A stretch of 64,000 bases of DNA, from contig CM119376.1 of assembly GCA_051294905.1 (NCBI GenBank), positions 23,188,001 to 23,252,000 on the forward strand, in the 5' to 3' direction. The DNA comes from Botryllus schlosseri. Its lineage: Eukaryota. This document shows positions 25,418 through 37,800 of this stretch, one piece after another (positions within the stretch are counted from its first letter, which is position 1; every line of letters starts with the position of its first letter). The notes under the pieces were generated by a model. That model searched no databases, had not been told where the DNA came from, and saw only the letters and a list, made by a program, of their open reading frames with translations. The position numbers and the translations under genes were made by a program.

Positions 25418-26630
25418 CAGGGGCGTATTTAGGTGGGGTTAATGGGTGTCCGGTACATCCCGTTTCCAAGCTCGAATGTACCCTTCCTAAATCTATTTCC
25501 ATCGATCTAATATTTCTTATGGATAATCCCCGTATTGCCGCGCGGCATCATCACGCCATCGATCGAGCAAACAATGCAGTGAGGTGATGCTTTTTTCTCG
25601 TATTGTTCTCTCGTCTACGGAAGCCCGAGAAGCGCATCCGTCACATGGCTCTCTCGTCTCATCTGAACGCTATTATCAAGTTACAATAACACTCGCATTA
25701 GACGCCATGAAATTTCGATACTGCGCGAGTTTATTATCAACAAACGTTTAGAGAACAAGCGTGCTAGAGATAGCAGATCCCTACAGTACCAAAACAGATT
25801 GTACCAATCAAATGTCCTATATGGAATCTATCATGTATTGATCAAATTTGCGATGCTTTAGTTCGGTTGCTGTCCTGTTTTAACGCGCTTGGCCAGTAGT
25901 AAAAACATTGGAGGCTAGGCCGCTCCGTGATTTGCGGCGCGTAATAGTTCTACAACAATGTGCAACGTAATGTTGTAATAACGCGAAGCTATAGTCTTTG
26001 TCTCGACAATTCGCAATTGTCACTTTTGAACCGCAAACGCATTTAGGAATGCATTTTGAATGCGAGCCTAAGCCTGCGCCGGGTCACTGTTATTCACGTG
26101 ATGCAATCGCACAAGCTCAATCGTTAATTGGTCTTAACATCTCCACACACCAAAATATTGGCAGGCGGTAGATATCATATTGATTTAGAACAAAATTATT
26201 CCAGATCATGTGCAAAAACAGGCTGAACAATTGATACAAACGAAAACATTCATTTGCGTATCTTCACCGTTCGAGTGTTCGTATATGAGCGCAAGATGGA
26301 GAGATCTCCAGATGTGCTGTAATATGATCTGCACGCACTTTCGTGATAACATCCTCGCTTTGGTAATTAAGGTCAAGATACCTTGCTGTCTCTCTTTATG
26401 CTGCTATCTTCGCTTACGGGTTACAATGTTATGTTTAGTTGTACTTAGTTTTGTATATGCGAAAGAGGCAGTCACAAAAACGAGTAAGATTATCTGACCG
26501 TGGTAATATCTGCATTTCTGCATACATTTAAGCTGATCAATCAATTAGAACTAGGAACACACTCTGCTTTTAAAAACACCCCCCTATTCTAAAGGTATGT
26601 TCTGTTTTTTTTCGGCTAGATACGCCCCTG
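25418..26630. mobile_element. Non-autonomous hAT element, 1213 bp
   Basis: TIRs caggggcgtatttag / ctagatacgcccctg (14/15 match); exact 8-bp TSD gtgttgag (25410-25417, 26631-26638). Confidence 0.9.
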
Positions 26631-26924
26631 GTGTTGAGGACCGTTTTTACAAACTGTTCATTTGACAAATGAGTTCCATAAGTACTTTTAATGATTTTTA
26701 TCCCACTTAACTTCATATATATCTGGTATAGTTTATTAATTGATATTTCTACTTGAGTAGAAAATCGTGTAAACACTTCTACTTTAGCAGTATCAATATT
26801 TTGCCTATGATTTCATATCCTAAAATAAGCTAGTCCTACAAGATATTCTTTCGAATCTACTCATGTTTTTGTATGAAACCGTCCAAGGTTATATCGATAA
26901 TTATCTTGCAACCTAAGCACAGCG

Positions 26925-29900
26925 ATGGAATCTGTGGAAGTGTCAAGAAATGAAGCTCCTGAAGCCGCAGTTGAAGAGGCGGAGCAAATGGAGCAGGGAG
27001 AACCAGAAAACGCTGTCGAATCAGAGGAATTGGATCTCCCTGACGGAATTACCATACCTCCTCCCCCAGCGGCGATTGGGGTAGGCGCACCTGGCGAACC
27101 GCGGCTTGTAATAACCCACATCATCAATCACAATTTCAAATCATATGCGGGTACTCAGGTACTTGGACCGTTTCATAAGAGCTTTTCCGCTATCGTCGGG
27201 CCTAACGGCAGTGGAAAATCAAATGTGATCGACTCCATGCTTTTTGTGTTTGGGTACAGAGCCAACAAGCTGAGATCAAAAAAGATTTCGGTGTTGATCC
27301 ACAACAGCGAGAATCATAAGGGCGTCACGAGTTGCTCAGTCGAAGTGCATTTTCAAAAAATCATCGACACCGTCGACGACGAATTCACAATAGTACCCAA
27401 CAGCCAATTCTGTGTGTCTCGAACCGCAGCCAATGACAATTCGTCTCATTACTGCATCGACGGCAGGAGAGTGCAGTATAAAGATGTTGCGAAGTTTTTA
27501 CGCGCCAGCGGCGTCGATTTAGATCACAATCGGTTCCTGATTCTGCAAGGTGAAGTGGAGCAGATAGCTTTAATGAAACCAAAAGCCCAAACTGAGCATG
27601 ATGAAGGCATGCTGGAATTCTTGGAGGACATTATTGGCTCGTCGCGGTATAAAGAAGCTATCGAAAAGCTCGCCAAGCTTGTGGAAGATTTGAGCGAAGA
27701 GAGAGGCGAGCGTTTAACGAGAGTGAAACACGTAGAAAAAGAAAAGGACCAACTGGAACCGAAGAGAAACGAAGCCATCGAATATCTGAAGGCTCAGAAC
27801 CGCATGGCGGAACTGCAAAATCAGCTGACGCAATACTACATACGTAACATCACCGTCGAACAGAAGGATTATGTGACTGCCCGGGATGCGTTGAAAGAGA
27901 AATTGAAAGAGATGGAGGAGACTCTCCGAGCCGTGCTCGCCGAAAAGAAAGAGAAAGTGAAGGCGTACACGAAAACGTCCAAGATTTTAGAGAAAAAAGA
28001 GGCGCTCCACCAGGAGAGGAAAGACAAAATGGGCGAGTTGGAACAGACCAACATCAAAGTCTTTGAGGACAGGAAGCACTCGAAAAACAAAGCCAAAGAT
28101 CTCGTCAAGAAACTCGCCAAGGAACGGAAAAAACTGGAAGACCTGCGTAAAGTACCCGGCGATAACGAGCGCAGTCTGGAAACTCTGACAGAATCGGTCG
28201 AGAGGCTGACCGCGTCAAAAAAGGATGCAGAGGACCGGCTGACCGAGGTGGCGCGCTCTTTGAAAGACGAGACCGCGGACTTGCAGAAGAAGATCGAAGA
28301 AAAAGAGAAACCGTTGATGGAATTGATGAAAGCGGCGAACGAAGCGAAAGAGAGAAAAGACATGGCCGCGGCTGAACTTGAGTTGTATCTGAAGAAGCAC
28401 GATAATGCTGTGAGCTCGTTGGAAAAAGTGGAGTCTAGAATGACAGAGATGACGGAAAAACTCAAGGAAATAAGCAAGGAAAGAGACGCGCTCAAGAAAT
28501 CGGTCCCTGCTATTGACCAGAAATTTAAAACGGAATCGGCAAATCTCGATAATATCAGAAAATCTGAGAGCGAACTAGCCGACAAGCTGCAAATCGCACA
28601 AGGAAAGCTCACCGACGCCGAGCATTCCTCGAAATCGCAAAAATCAAGCGGAAAAGTCACCGATTTCCTCATGGAGTTGAAGGCTTCCGGAAAAATCGAA
28701 GGAATCTTCGGCAGGCTGGGAAGTCTGGGCGCCATCGACGCTAAATACGATGTAGCTATTTCGTCCTGCTGCCCCGCGTTGGAAAATATAGTCGTCGACA
28801 GTATCGAGACGGCGAAGACCTGTGTAGAAGCGTTGAAACGAAACAACGTGGGCCTGGCGACTTTCATCGCGCTCAACAAGATGCAGCGTCACCGACAAGC
28901 GGTTACGAACAAGCCGAAATCGCCCCTGCCTCGTTTAGTTGATTTAATTCAAGTCAGAGACGATAAATTTCTAGTGGCTTTCTACCACGCGCTCAGAGAC
29001 ACGCTCGTGTCCAAGGATTTAACGGAGGCTACAAGAGTCGCTTATGGGAAAGACCGACGCTGGCGGGTAGTCACGGTGAAGGGAGAAATCATCGACACGT
29101 CCGGTACCATGGTGGGCGGGGGTCACTCCGTTATCAGAGGGCGTATGGGCTCGAAATGCGTGCAAGAAGCCGTGCCGCTAGAGCACTTGCGTAAAATGCG
29201 AAGCGACGCGAGCGATATGCAGCAGCGTCTTCGTCGGTTGAGAGGCGATTTGGCTTTGAAAGAAGAAGAGGTGGAACAGCTTCAAAGGAAAATGCACACC
29301 GCTAAATGCCGTCTCGACGAGTTGGACCAAGAAGCGCCCGGGTTAGACTCGCAGCTGCGGCAGCTACGGGAACAGAAGCCGTTATGCGAGGCGGAGGTCG
29401 CGAAAACCAAACCGAACCAATCGAAACAGACGGAGATGGAGTCTCACTTGAGCAAGCTTACTAAAAGCTACAGCGCGGCGCAGGCAAAGTGTAAAAAAGT
29501 GGAGGACGAAAAAAACGCTTACCTGCAACAAGTGGAGGAGATTAACAACAAGAAGTTAAAACCTGCGCAAGACCAGTTGGACAAAATCGTGGCCGACCTG
29601 ACGGCCGGCAAAAAGAAGATCACGAAATTGCAGGCGGGCATTTCGTCGGCCGGGCGCAACATCAAAAAGTGCGAGGGCAACATCGAAAATTTGGAAATCG
29701 AGCAGAAAGATTGCGAAGCCGCCATCGTCAAGCTGGAAGAGGAATGGACCCGTCTCGAGGACGTCGCGTCCGCCCTGATTCAAGACACCGACGATGTGCA
29801 GAAGGAAAAGCAACAGGTCAGAGCGGAGCTGCAGGAGTGCCAGAGCGCGCTGCAGGATATCGAGGGCCGCGAAAAGAAACTCGAAGACGACAACCGCGTG

Positions 29901-30749
29901 TCGCTGCACAGTTTGGAGGAGAAAAACGCGGAGATCAACAAGCGCAACGCGCTGCTCAACAAGTGGCGCGAAAAGCTGGCCAAGCTGAAAATGAATGACA
30001 TCGACGGAGAGGAGACGCCAGAGATTAAAACCTACACAGAGGAAGAGTTGGCGTCCACAGATGAAGACAACGTCAAGTCGCTAATCACGATACAGGAGGA
30101 GAAATTGAACGGTATGCATCCCGAACTGCAAGCCGTCGAGGAGTACCGCAAAAAAGAAGAGGTGTACTTGCAGCGCGTTGCCGAGCTGGACGCCGTCACC
30201 GAGAACAGGAACAAACAACGCAAGACCCATGATGAACTGCGTAAGCGCAGGTTGAATGAGTTCTCAGCCGGGTTTTCCGTGATTTCCAACAAGTTAAAGG
30301 AGATGTATCAGATGATCACCCTAGGGGGCGACGCGGAATTGGAATTTGTGGACTCGTTGGACCCGTTTGCGGAAGGCATCGTGTTTAGCGTGCGTCCGCC
30401 GAAAAAATCGTGGAAAAATATCTGTAATTTGTCGGGAGGGGAAAAAACTCTGAGCTCGCTGGCGTTGGTGTTCGCGCTGCACCATTACAGGCCGACTCCG
30501 CTCTACGTGATGGACGAGATCGACGCGGCGCTCGACTTTAAGAACGTGTCGATCATCGCGTTTTACATCAAGGAACGCACGAAGAACGCGCAGTTTATCA
30601 TCATCAGCCTGCGGAATAACATGTTCGAGCTCGCCGATCGGCTGGTCGGGATTTATAAAACGGATAACTGTACGAAAAGCGCGACGGTCGAGCCGGCGTT
30701 GATCGCGGCAAAAGGATCGATGATTGCGAAAATGGTGAAAGTCGATTGA
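26925..30749 (+). CDS. SMC4: Structural maintenance of chromosomes 4 (condensin subunit), single exon, 1274 aa
   Basis: Walker A GPNGSGKS, FLILQGEVEQIALMKPK, hinge GIFGRLGSLG, signature LSGGEKT, Walker B VMDEIDAALDFKNVSI. Confidence 0.97.
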   Translation: MESVEVSRNEAPEAAVEEAEQMEQGEPENAVESEELDLPDGITIPPPPAAIGVGAPGEPRLVITHIINHNFKSYAGTQVLGPFHKSFSAIVGPNGSGKSNVIDSMLFVFGYRANKLRSKKISVLIHNSENHKGVTSCSVEVHFQKIIDTVDDEFTIVPNSQFCVSRTAANDNSSHYCIDGRRVQYKDVAKFLRASGVDLDHNRFLILQGEVEQIALMKPKAQTEHDEGMLEFLEDIIGSSRYKEAIEKLAKLVEDLSEERGERLTRVKHVEKEKDQLEPKRNEAIEYLKAQNRMAELQNQLTQYYIRNITVEQKDYVTARDALKEKLKEMEETLRAVLAEKKEKVKAYTKTSKILEKKEALHQERKDKMGELEQTNIKVFEDRKHSKNKAKDLVKKLAKERKKLEDLRKVPGDNERSLETLTESVERLTASKKDAEDRLTEVARSLKDETADLQKKIEEKEKPLMELMKAANEAKERKDMAAAELELYLKKHDNAVSSLEKVESRMTEMTEKLKEISKERDALKKSVPAIDQKFKTESANLDNIRKSESELADKLQIAQGKLTDAEHSSKSQKSSGKVTDFLMELKASGKIEGIFGRLGSLGAIDAKYDVAISSCCPALENIVVDSIETAKTCVEALKRNNVGLATFIALNKMQRHRQAVTNKPKSPLPRLVDLIQVRDDKFLVAFYHALRDTLVSKDLTEATRVAYGKDRRWRVVTVKGEIIDTSGTMVGGGHSVIRGRMGSKCVQEAVPLEHLRKMRSDASDMQQRLRRLRGDLALKEEEVEQLQRKMHTAKCRLDELDQEAPGLDSQLRQLREQKPLCEAEVAKTKPNQSKQTEMESHLSKLTKSYSAAQAKCKKVEDEKNAYLQQVEEINNKKLKPAQDQLDKIVADLTAGKKKITKLQAGISSAGRNIKKCEGNIENLEIEQKDCEAAIVKLEEEWTRLEDVASALIQDTDDVQKEKQQVRAELQECQSALQDIEGREKKLEDDNRVSLHSLEEKNAEINKRNALLNKWREKLAKLKMNDIDGEETPEIKTYTEEELASTDEDNVKSLITIQEEKLNGMHPELQAVEEYRKKEEVYLQRVAELDAVTENRNKQRKTHDELRKRRLNEFSAGFSVISNKLKEMYQMITLGGDAELEFVDSLDPFAEGIVFSVRPPKKSWKNICNLSGGEKTLSSLALVFALHHYRPTPLYVMDEIDAALDFKNVSIIAFYIKERTKNAQFIIISLRNNMFELADRLVGIYKTDNCTKSATVEPALIAAKGSMIAKMVKVD

Positions 30750-31898
30750 CAGTTGCTTGTGTAGTCTCCGTTTATTTCTAGTATGAACGTATATTTTGAA
30801 GATTTTAGCCTCATTGGATTACTCAAATTTTCTTGGAGCATCTTTGATAAACAGAGGTAGTCAGCAACAGAACAACTCTGCTTTTTGGGACTGCTCAAGT
30901 AGGTCTGCCGACTTGCTCGAGTGGTTGTGTTTTAGACTGTTCTCGCTTCTGCTTGAACAGTTTTCGAGGCAAAAAGTAATTACTTTTTAAACTTTGGATA
31001 TTGTATTGGATAGTACTTTAAGGTTATGTTCCCGCTGTGTTGAAATGGCCCCTGTGCGACGTTAACTGAATGTGTTCTAGAAACCGCATCTTCTTGAAGT
31101 AGTTTGAAGCCTTGGAAATCGCTTCTACTTGTAATTGAGCATATATTCACGGCGTTACTTTTACTTGAGTTCCAGCAATGAATACTTCGGCCACCTCTGT
31201 CAATAAGGATATTTGAAATCCCCATGCCCCAGTGGGGCTAAGGTGCACTTGTTTCACTCGCCTATTTCAGTGATCTTGTTAGTTTGTCATAGTGTATTTG
31301 TTACATCGCTTTATTGCCGAGTCTTTCATGGTCCCTTGAACAATTTATCTGGCTCTGTCCCTGCCTCTCAGGGATTACGCCTTGTTTTGATAATCCTCGT
31401 AGAAGGTATATTTGAGAGATTTGCTCTCTGCAAATTTTGTGCAGTATCAACGGTAGTAGAAACTTGGCGTGCGAGTTTGCAAGCTCTCTTGCATTCAATG
31501 GATTCCTTGTATAATATAGGTTGTGACTTATTGATCTGTTATGTTGTGAAACACTTGCACACTCTCAGCCCAGCTTATCTTTCTATCGTGCAGTGGAACT
31601 TCTGTGAAATGGGTGCGAGCGAGAACTTATCGATGATTTTGTGTGTCTTGCTGTCTATTTGTAATGTTGACCCGTATGGTGACTTTAAATTACTGAAACT
31701 GCCCGATCAATGATAAACTTAGAAGTACAAGTTTTACCTCATACAACCATTGAAATTTGTACAGTTCCTGGCCATAATCTGCGTTACGTGTTGGTCTTTC
31801 ACTGCCGTTATTGTGGCTATCATGATATTTTCTTCATGTTGGCCTTTTATTGTTTCGCAAGCTCACTAAAGTAGCGGGTGATTACATGTTTCTGTAAA

Positions 31899-34800
31899 AT
31901 GGATGTCGACGCGTCTCTGACTCCGCCGCCTTCTCCGAGCCTTCTGCCGGACATGGAGAGCGAATCCTCGCCGGTCTTGATCGTATGTGTGTGTGATACG
32001 CACCGACTTGTGACACCGAGTCATTCTGTGCTTGTTTAGGGAAAGAAGTTCAAGAGGTCAAGGATCGAAGATTCAGAGGATATGGAAGAAGGTCGGTATC
32101 AGATGGTCAAAAGAAACAGTCATCGTTGGTACTCAAGTCGAAGTAGAAGTGACTTCATAAATTTCAATCAAATTACAAATTATAAGTAACTATTCTAGTT
32201 ATGCCTAAAAAAACTGAAATGGGTTAAATAACCCAGTAGTAGTCATAACCGCTTGCTAGAAAGTGCATTGTTGGGTTGTTCAAACATAACCTTCTGCAAA
32301 TTTGAATGGCTATCTGATAAAATTGTTAGGTTAGCTAAAAAACCGCTCCACACCAAATTTGGCTCAATTTCATCCAGTAGAAGCGAAGTCATTGGAACAT
32401 AAAATTTTGGATTTAAAAAAAAGTATACGGTGGGAAACTCTTGAATTATTTATTATGGAACTACCCACCGTAAATACTTTTATTAAAGAGCTTCTTGGAG
32501 GTACAGAAGTTTAATGTACAATTGAATGGTGTATTCATATTGAAATGAACCGGGATATTTTCGGCTGTCAGCGGTCATCGGTACTATTTTAAGATGGTGC
32601 ACAAACTCCTTTTGTAGACAAAGCTTGGACTGATGTATTTCCCTGTCCGTTGAGGGAAGTTCGGTAGGCTATTCGGTGATGGTAATAATTTAGTATATTG
32701 CAGGTCCTCCATCTGGCTATTCAAATATTCCAGCTGCAGAGTGTCTACCGCCAATATACGGAAACTTGCTTGATGCTGAGAAAAGCAGCAAAAATTCGCT
32801 GACAGCAAGTGCTTGTCTATTTTTTACATTGTAAGTTTTGCTGTAAAAACAATGCTGGCAAGCAATAATTTGAATGTCTTGCAGGAACCAGAACACGTTT
32901 CCGGGTAATAAATCAGATTCCGGCTTGCGGGAAGTAGCCGGAGAAGTGTTATGCTTGTATGACCTCACTGTACCCGATGTATGCTGCGATTTCTTTTACC
33001 AAGGTTATCGCCGTTGAGGTTTGTCTTGCCGAACTGATCTCTTGAAGATTCGATATTTTCGCAGTCGAAATGCGCATTCAAGATATCGAACGTCTGGCGA
33101 CGGAATGGATGTCATGCTCTGGTGCTAAAAGTGCAAAGGATTCTTATCTTGCAAAGAAGTGCCGCAGACACGTTCATGAATCTTTGCTATTTGTTTGTGA
33201 GTTCGTGCAGACGTGCGAGGACGACGGGGATATGACAGGTGGATAGTTATAGTGTGTTCACTTTAGTTAAACGCAGTCTTTTTATAACCGCGGCTGTCGT
33301 TCCCCTGTGAATTACTGAGAATTTTGTGAAACTGCTCACATTCAAAGTTGGTGCTGATTTCTCACAGGGTTGTACTGACTCAGTCTCGGTTTTCTGATGA
33401 CTCGCTTGGACTCGAGTCCTTGTGCAGGACTCGGACCAAGTCGTATGACTCGAGTCTCAGATGGCCCAGACTGACATTTCATTTTATTTTCGAAATGTAG
33501 TAATGTAACCACACCATTGGTATTTCGCCTTTTGGTACTGGTACTTGAAAATGAGACCAGAAACTGTTGAAAGTGATTAGTATTAGTATATTTTAAATGC
33601 GTTACCATTCGATATCACCAAGCAGAGTTATAAAAAGTGGTTTTAAGCTTTTAACAAGGTTTCAACTTTAAACTGAGCAGTTGATGCAATGACTTGGACC
33701 CCGACTCGAGTCGTAATATATGACTCGGACTTGATCTTCTGCTCGCTGACTTTGACTCAGACTCGACTCGGTGGTGAATTGAAAATGACTCGACTTGACG
33801 CGGGTCAAAACTATAAAAGTAACATTGTCTTGTGACTTGGCTACAACCCTGATTTCTCGCCAATGGAAACTCGTTGGCATTGGCAAAATTTAGCTATGCC
33901 TGGAGGTTATCAGCGACGACGTAGTTTTTGTAGCACTCAAGTAGATTATTATTGCTACTTTGACGTCCTATGTCTTGGTCACTGTGTGCGACCAGTCCGG
34001 CCCGCAGTTACCAAATACAGTCGATTTTTTCTTTCATAATTTTTAGAAACCCTCAACAACATCTTTGACTTGATGTTGATGATTTGTAATCTGTGTGAAT
34101 CGTCCGTTTCGGAGCGACTCGACTATATCGCGAGGATAAGCCTCGAAAGCTCATCGCTGGGTAAGTACACTGTAGCCTGGCATTGCCGAGTCTCAACTGC
34201 TTGAATGAGTTTGGTTTGTATGTCGTTACCAGGCAAACGAGCTGTCCCAGTTGATGAATGGGTCCACTGCTACGCCGACGTGCATTTTGCATTCCTATGG
34301 ATTATGCCTTTGCTTTCAAAGCACGAGTCAGTGAAGAAACATATCGATTCGTCTATGGTTTGTATGCAATCTGTCTGTCGCTTTGTATTTGGAAGATGTA
34401 GAACGCAGTTTGGGAGATGCTTGCGGATTAAATTGTCATAACAGCTGGGTGAAATAGCTTTTTTGTCTTGATAAGTGAATATGTTTAAAAAAACTGCACC
34501 TATTTATAGAGTGTGAGGTAAATTTTGCTATTTTGAGAGCAGCTTCCGTCGACGAACTACTAAAAGTAAGCGAGTCGTCGGTCAAATCTGCTTATTAAAG
34601 CTACTTTTGTACTTTTTAAGACATTTATGTTTTCTTTCCACTTGTACTGTCTTGAAAATTTCTACTTCTACTTGTAATGAGCGGGAAGGTTTGTTGTTAC
34701 TGATATTTCCACTCGATCGCCATCATCGATGACTAGGACCAGGGATGGGCAGACTGCGGCTTACGCAGTCTCTGATTGCGTCTCTTTAACAATTGCACAA

Positions 34801-37800
34801 TGCACCTGCCTTACGCCATTTTGCTAGAGAGGTTTCACCTGATGATAAATTGATGCATTTCGTGGCGTATTACAATACGCGTATTGTGTTCGTGTTTCTT
34901 GTAAAATTTAGAGGATGGTGGCACTACAGGGTTAAAAATTTGCATTTTAACTCTGTAATCGAGCTTGTAGAAACATTCCACCTGTAACAATGGATGCGCG
35001 GGTCACGATCACTTCCGGTCTAGCAATGGCGAATACGACCCTTCCATTTGTACTGTTAAGGCTAGCAATAACTGCAGAGCTTTGCCAAGACCATGTCGTC
35101 GAGATTACCGAGCTGAAATCGTCCCTAAATTTTCATCAGCGCTGTAAGGAACTGCTCCGCACTGCATGGATATCATATCAGCCGGATTTCAAACACCTTG
35201 CAGTCCAGATTAAGACGTAACATACCACCACACAATAATAAACTTTGTCCGATAGCCTACATTTCATTGTGGCGTTTGTATTTTTGAATTTTTGTGTTAT
35301 GGCTCTTGAAGCTAGGGTTTTTCACCCCTGACCGGGTCGATTACTTTTTGACCTAAAAACGGAAGATTTTGCTCTATATAATGAAAATTTTGACGTTGAA
35401 GAACTTTGACAAAATTTTGCGCACATCGTGCTGGAATTGTAGTACTTTTAAGTGTTTAAATAAGACATTGCTGCACATCATGTTGGAATTGTAGTAATTT
35501 TCCAAGTTCAAGAGAAGTAGTTGTTTGGCGGTAGCATTGAAGTTCAGTGTATACTGTTGTAGCACACCATTTGCTTCATACCAGCAATGTTGCCTACGTC
35601 GCGATGTTTTACATCGTAACCTATTTCTGAGTTTTGTTAACATCTCGTGATCCACCCATACGTTGAGAACCACGTGGATATAAGTAGTCAAGAACCAATG
35701 TCCACCACGCAGTCAAGATTCAGAGTCGAGATGTCAGCGTGAGCTTGGAAAAACTTCGGACCCACTAAAAATTTTACTCATTTTGAACATCACGCCATGT
35801 CAACTTGTTGTTTCCATTCGATGGTTTATGATTCGCAACGAGTAGACACACGGGGATGATACAACAAGTAGGCCTGTAAGGTAGGATACATGATGAAAAA
35901 TGTAGAACGATAAGTTCACCGACACCGAATAAATTCAGTTGTCAGACAAATTATTGACCTGACCTAACGCTACAATTTTGACAAGAGTTTGTCTTTTTTG
36001 CAATCGTCAAAATAATAATGTTATCTATGACTGTTCTTACCACGTCAGGAACACGTTCTTTTACGTTCTTTCATATCTATATCTATAGCTCCTGTATATG
36101 TATTCTGTTCCGTCGCAGGTCGTCTATGCTAACTCGGTGGAGGTCACGGATGGCGATTTCTGCCAGAAACTCACCAAGAAGGTTTATTCCCTGATCATGA
36201 ACATCGCTGCCGAAAAGTACACACAAACTCAAAGAAGTTGCAAGGGCGACAGTAAGCTGAGGTCTTTTATTTATTCAAGGCTGCCTTTTTTCAACAAGTC
36301 TCATTTACAGGGGGTTCTTTTCTGCAGACCTTGCTCCGGAAATGTTCGCCGTTCTCGTGCCGTTGTTGCCAAGCGTTGGCGTCGCTATGTTTCCATACCA
36401 GCGTCCGACTGGAAACGGACGGACAATCCGAACAGAACGTTTGTGACAGTCAGATCCTTGGACACGATAAAGTCTTTAAAAATTGCGGCACTCTCTTTTG
36501 GAGGATGATTTCGATATTTGTCAACGACGTCGTTCAGGTGATCTCTTTTTTCCGTGAAATGTTTTTCATCGCGGGAGATACGAAAATACGGGATGAACTT
36601 TAAGGGTGCTTCTAAAAAGTCGGCAGTCGAAATTCCGAAAAGTGCTGCTTTGAAACGGTTTGAAACCGCGCAGGACGCGCTGTCGTTTTGCTGGTGGTGG
36701 ACCTATGACGTTGCGCGTGTCTTTTTATTTGATCCGGACGGCAGTTTGAAGGTAAATATTTCTTTGGCTGTCGGGAATATTTTTGCAGTAGTCTATTGGG
36801 TAAAAAGCTGGAACAATCGAGAGTTGGCAAAAAATTAGCGTTTATCATGAATCATGTCTGATGTAGCTACAAAAACGCGTTATGCCGTGGTTAACAAGTA
36901 CGGAATTATAGCTGATGCAATGTTAATTGAGCGATTTAGATCGTTAACTGGAACTTGATCGCACGTTTCAACTCTTCCTAATGTTTGAACAGCTTCTTGG
37001 AGGTACAGGACTTCAATATACAATTGAATAGTATATTCATATTGAAATGAACCCGAATATTTTCGGCTGACACTCGTCAGGGGTTATCGTCAGCAACTAG
37101 TAGAGAATTCAAAAGAACAGCGTATATCAACAATCCTAATGTGCATGACATCACAATAAGCAAATCTCTACTTGAAGCTAAACACGTGATTCAGTGTTTG
37201 TACTCGGGTAGAAGTAAGGCATCGTCATGAGTTTGTACTCCATTACAAGTAGAAGCTAGGGTGGAGCCCAATTCTTCTCCTCAACTATATACTGCTTAAA
37301 TGCGAATCTCCACTCAACTAAAAATCGATTGGTACTCAGCGTTGAGTGCGCGCCAATTCTCTTTGCTCAGTTAAGTATCGATTTCCAGACGTCGTTTTCC
37401 GAGATAGCGTTGCCAGATTTTTTTTCGCCTTCTACCGGACACGCGTGAACGATTTTGTCATGACAACTCGACGCTGTCGTCCCTATTTCGTCACTGACCT
37501 ACAAAGTAGACACAGTTTTCACTGATTTATCTCAATGCAATGGTTGCCTCAGCTGATCCACACTCTTTGAAGATGACTCAATATAAATATATAAATCCTT
37601 GAAGATATTCGGAACGTTCCTATGCCCCACAGAAGTATATTTGCAAGACGCTACAAACCCATTCGATTTTATGAAGATAAGTTTCACAGCAGTCGAACAC
37701 GTAAGTGCAGGCCTGAAAGAACAGAAAAATACATCTCTCTCGTGAAAACAAATTGAAAAATTAACATATTTTCAGGATTTCTTTCCAATTCTCTTTGAAC

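Noticed and set aside
27385-30292. Long antisense and alternative-frame ORFs over SMC4 (for example 336 aa at 27869-28879), and similar ones over REP and IFT74
   Set aside because: Ser/Phe/Leu-rich shadows of Glu/Lys-rich coding sequence.
2442-30749. HD dNTPase plus SMC ATPase plus oxidoreductase as a prokaryotic anti-phage defence island
   Set aside because: Neighbours have spliceosomal introns, and the proteins are canonical eukaryotic SAMHD1 and condensin SMC4.
31213-31713. 166-aa ORF in the SMC4-MMS22L spacer
   Set aside because: TTG start and no recognisable domain; the other frames are stop-ridden. A BLASTx search would be needed to exclude a decayed TE or small gene.
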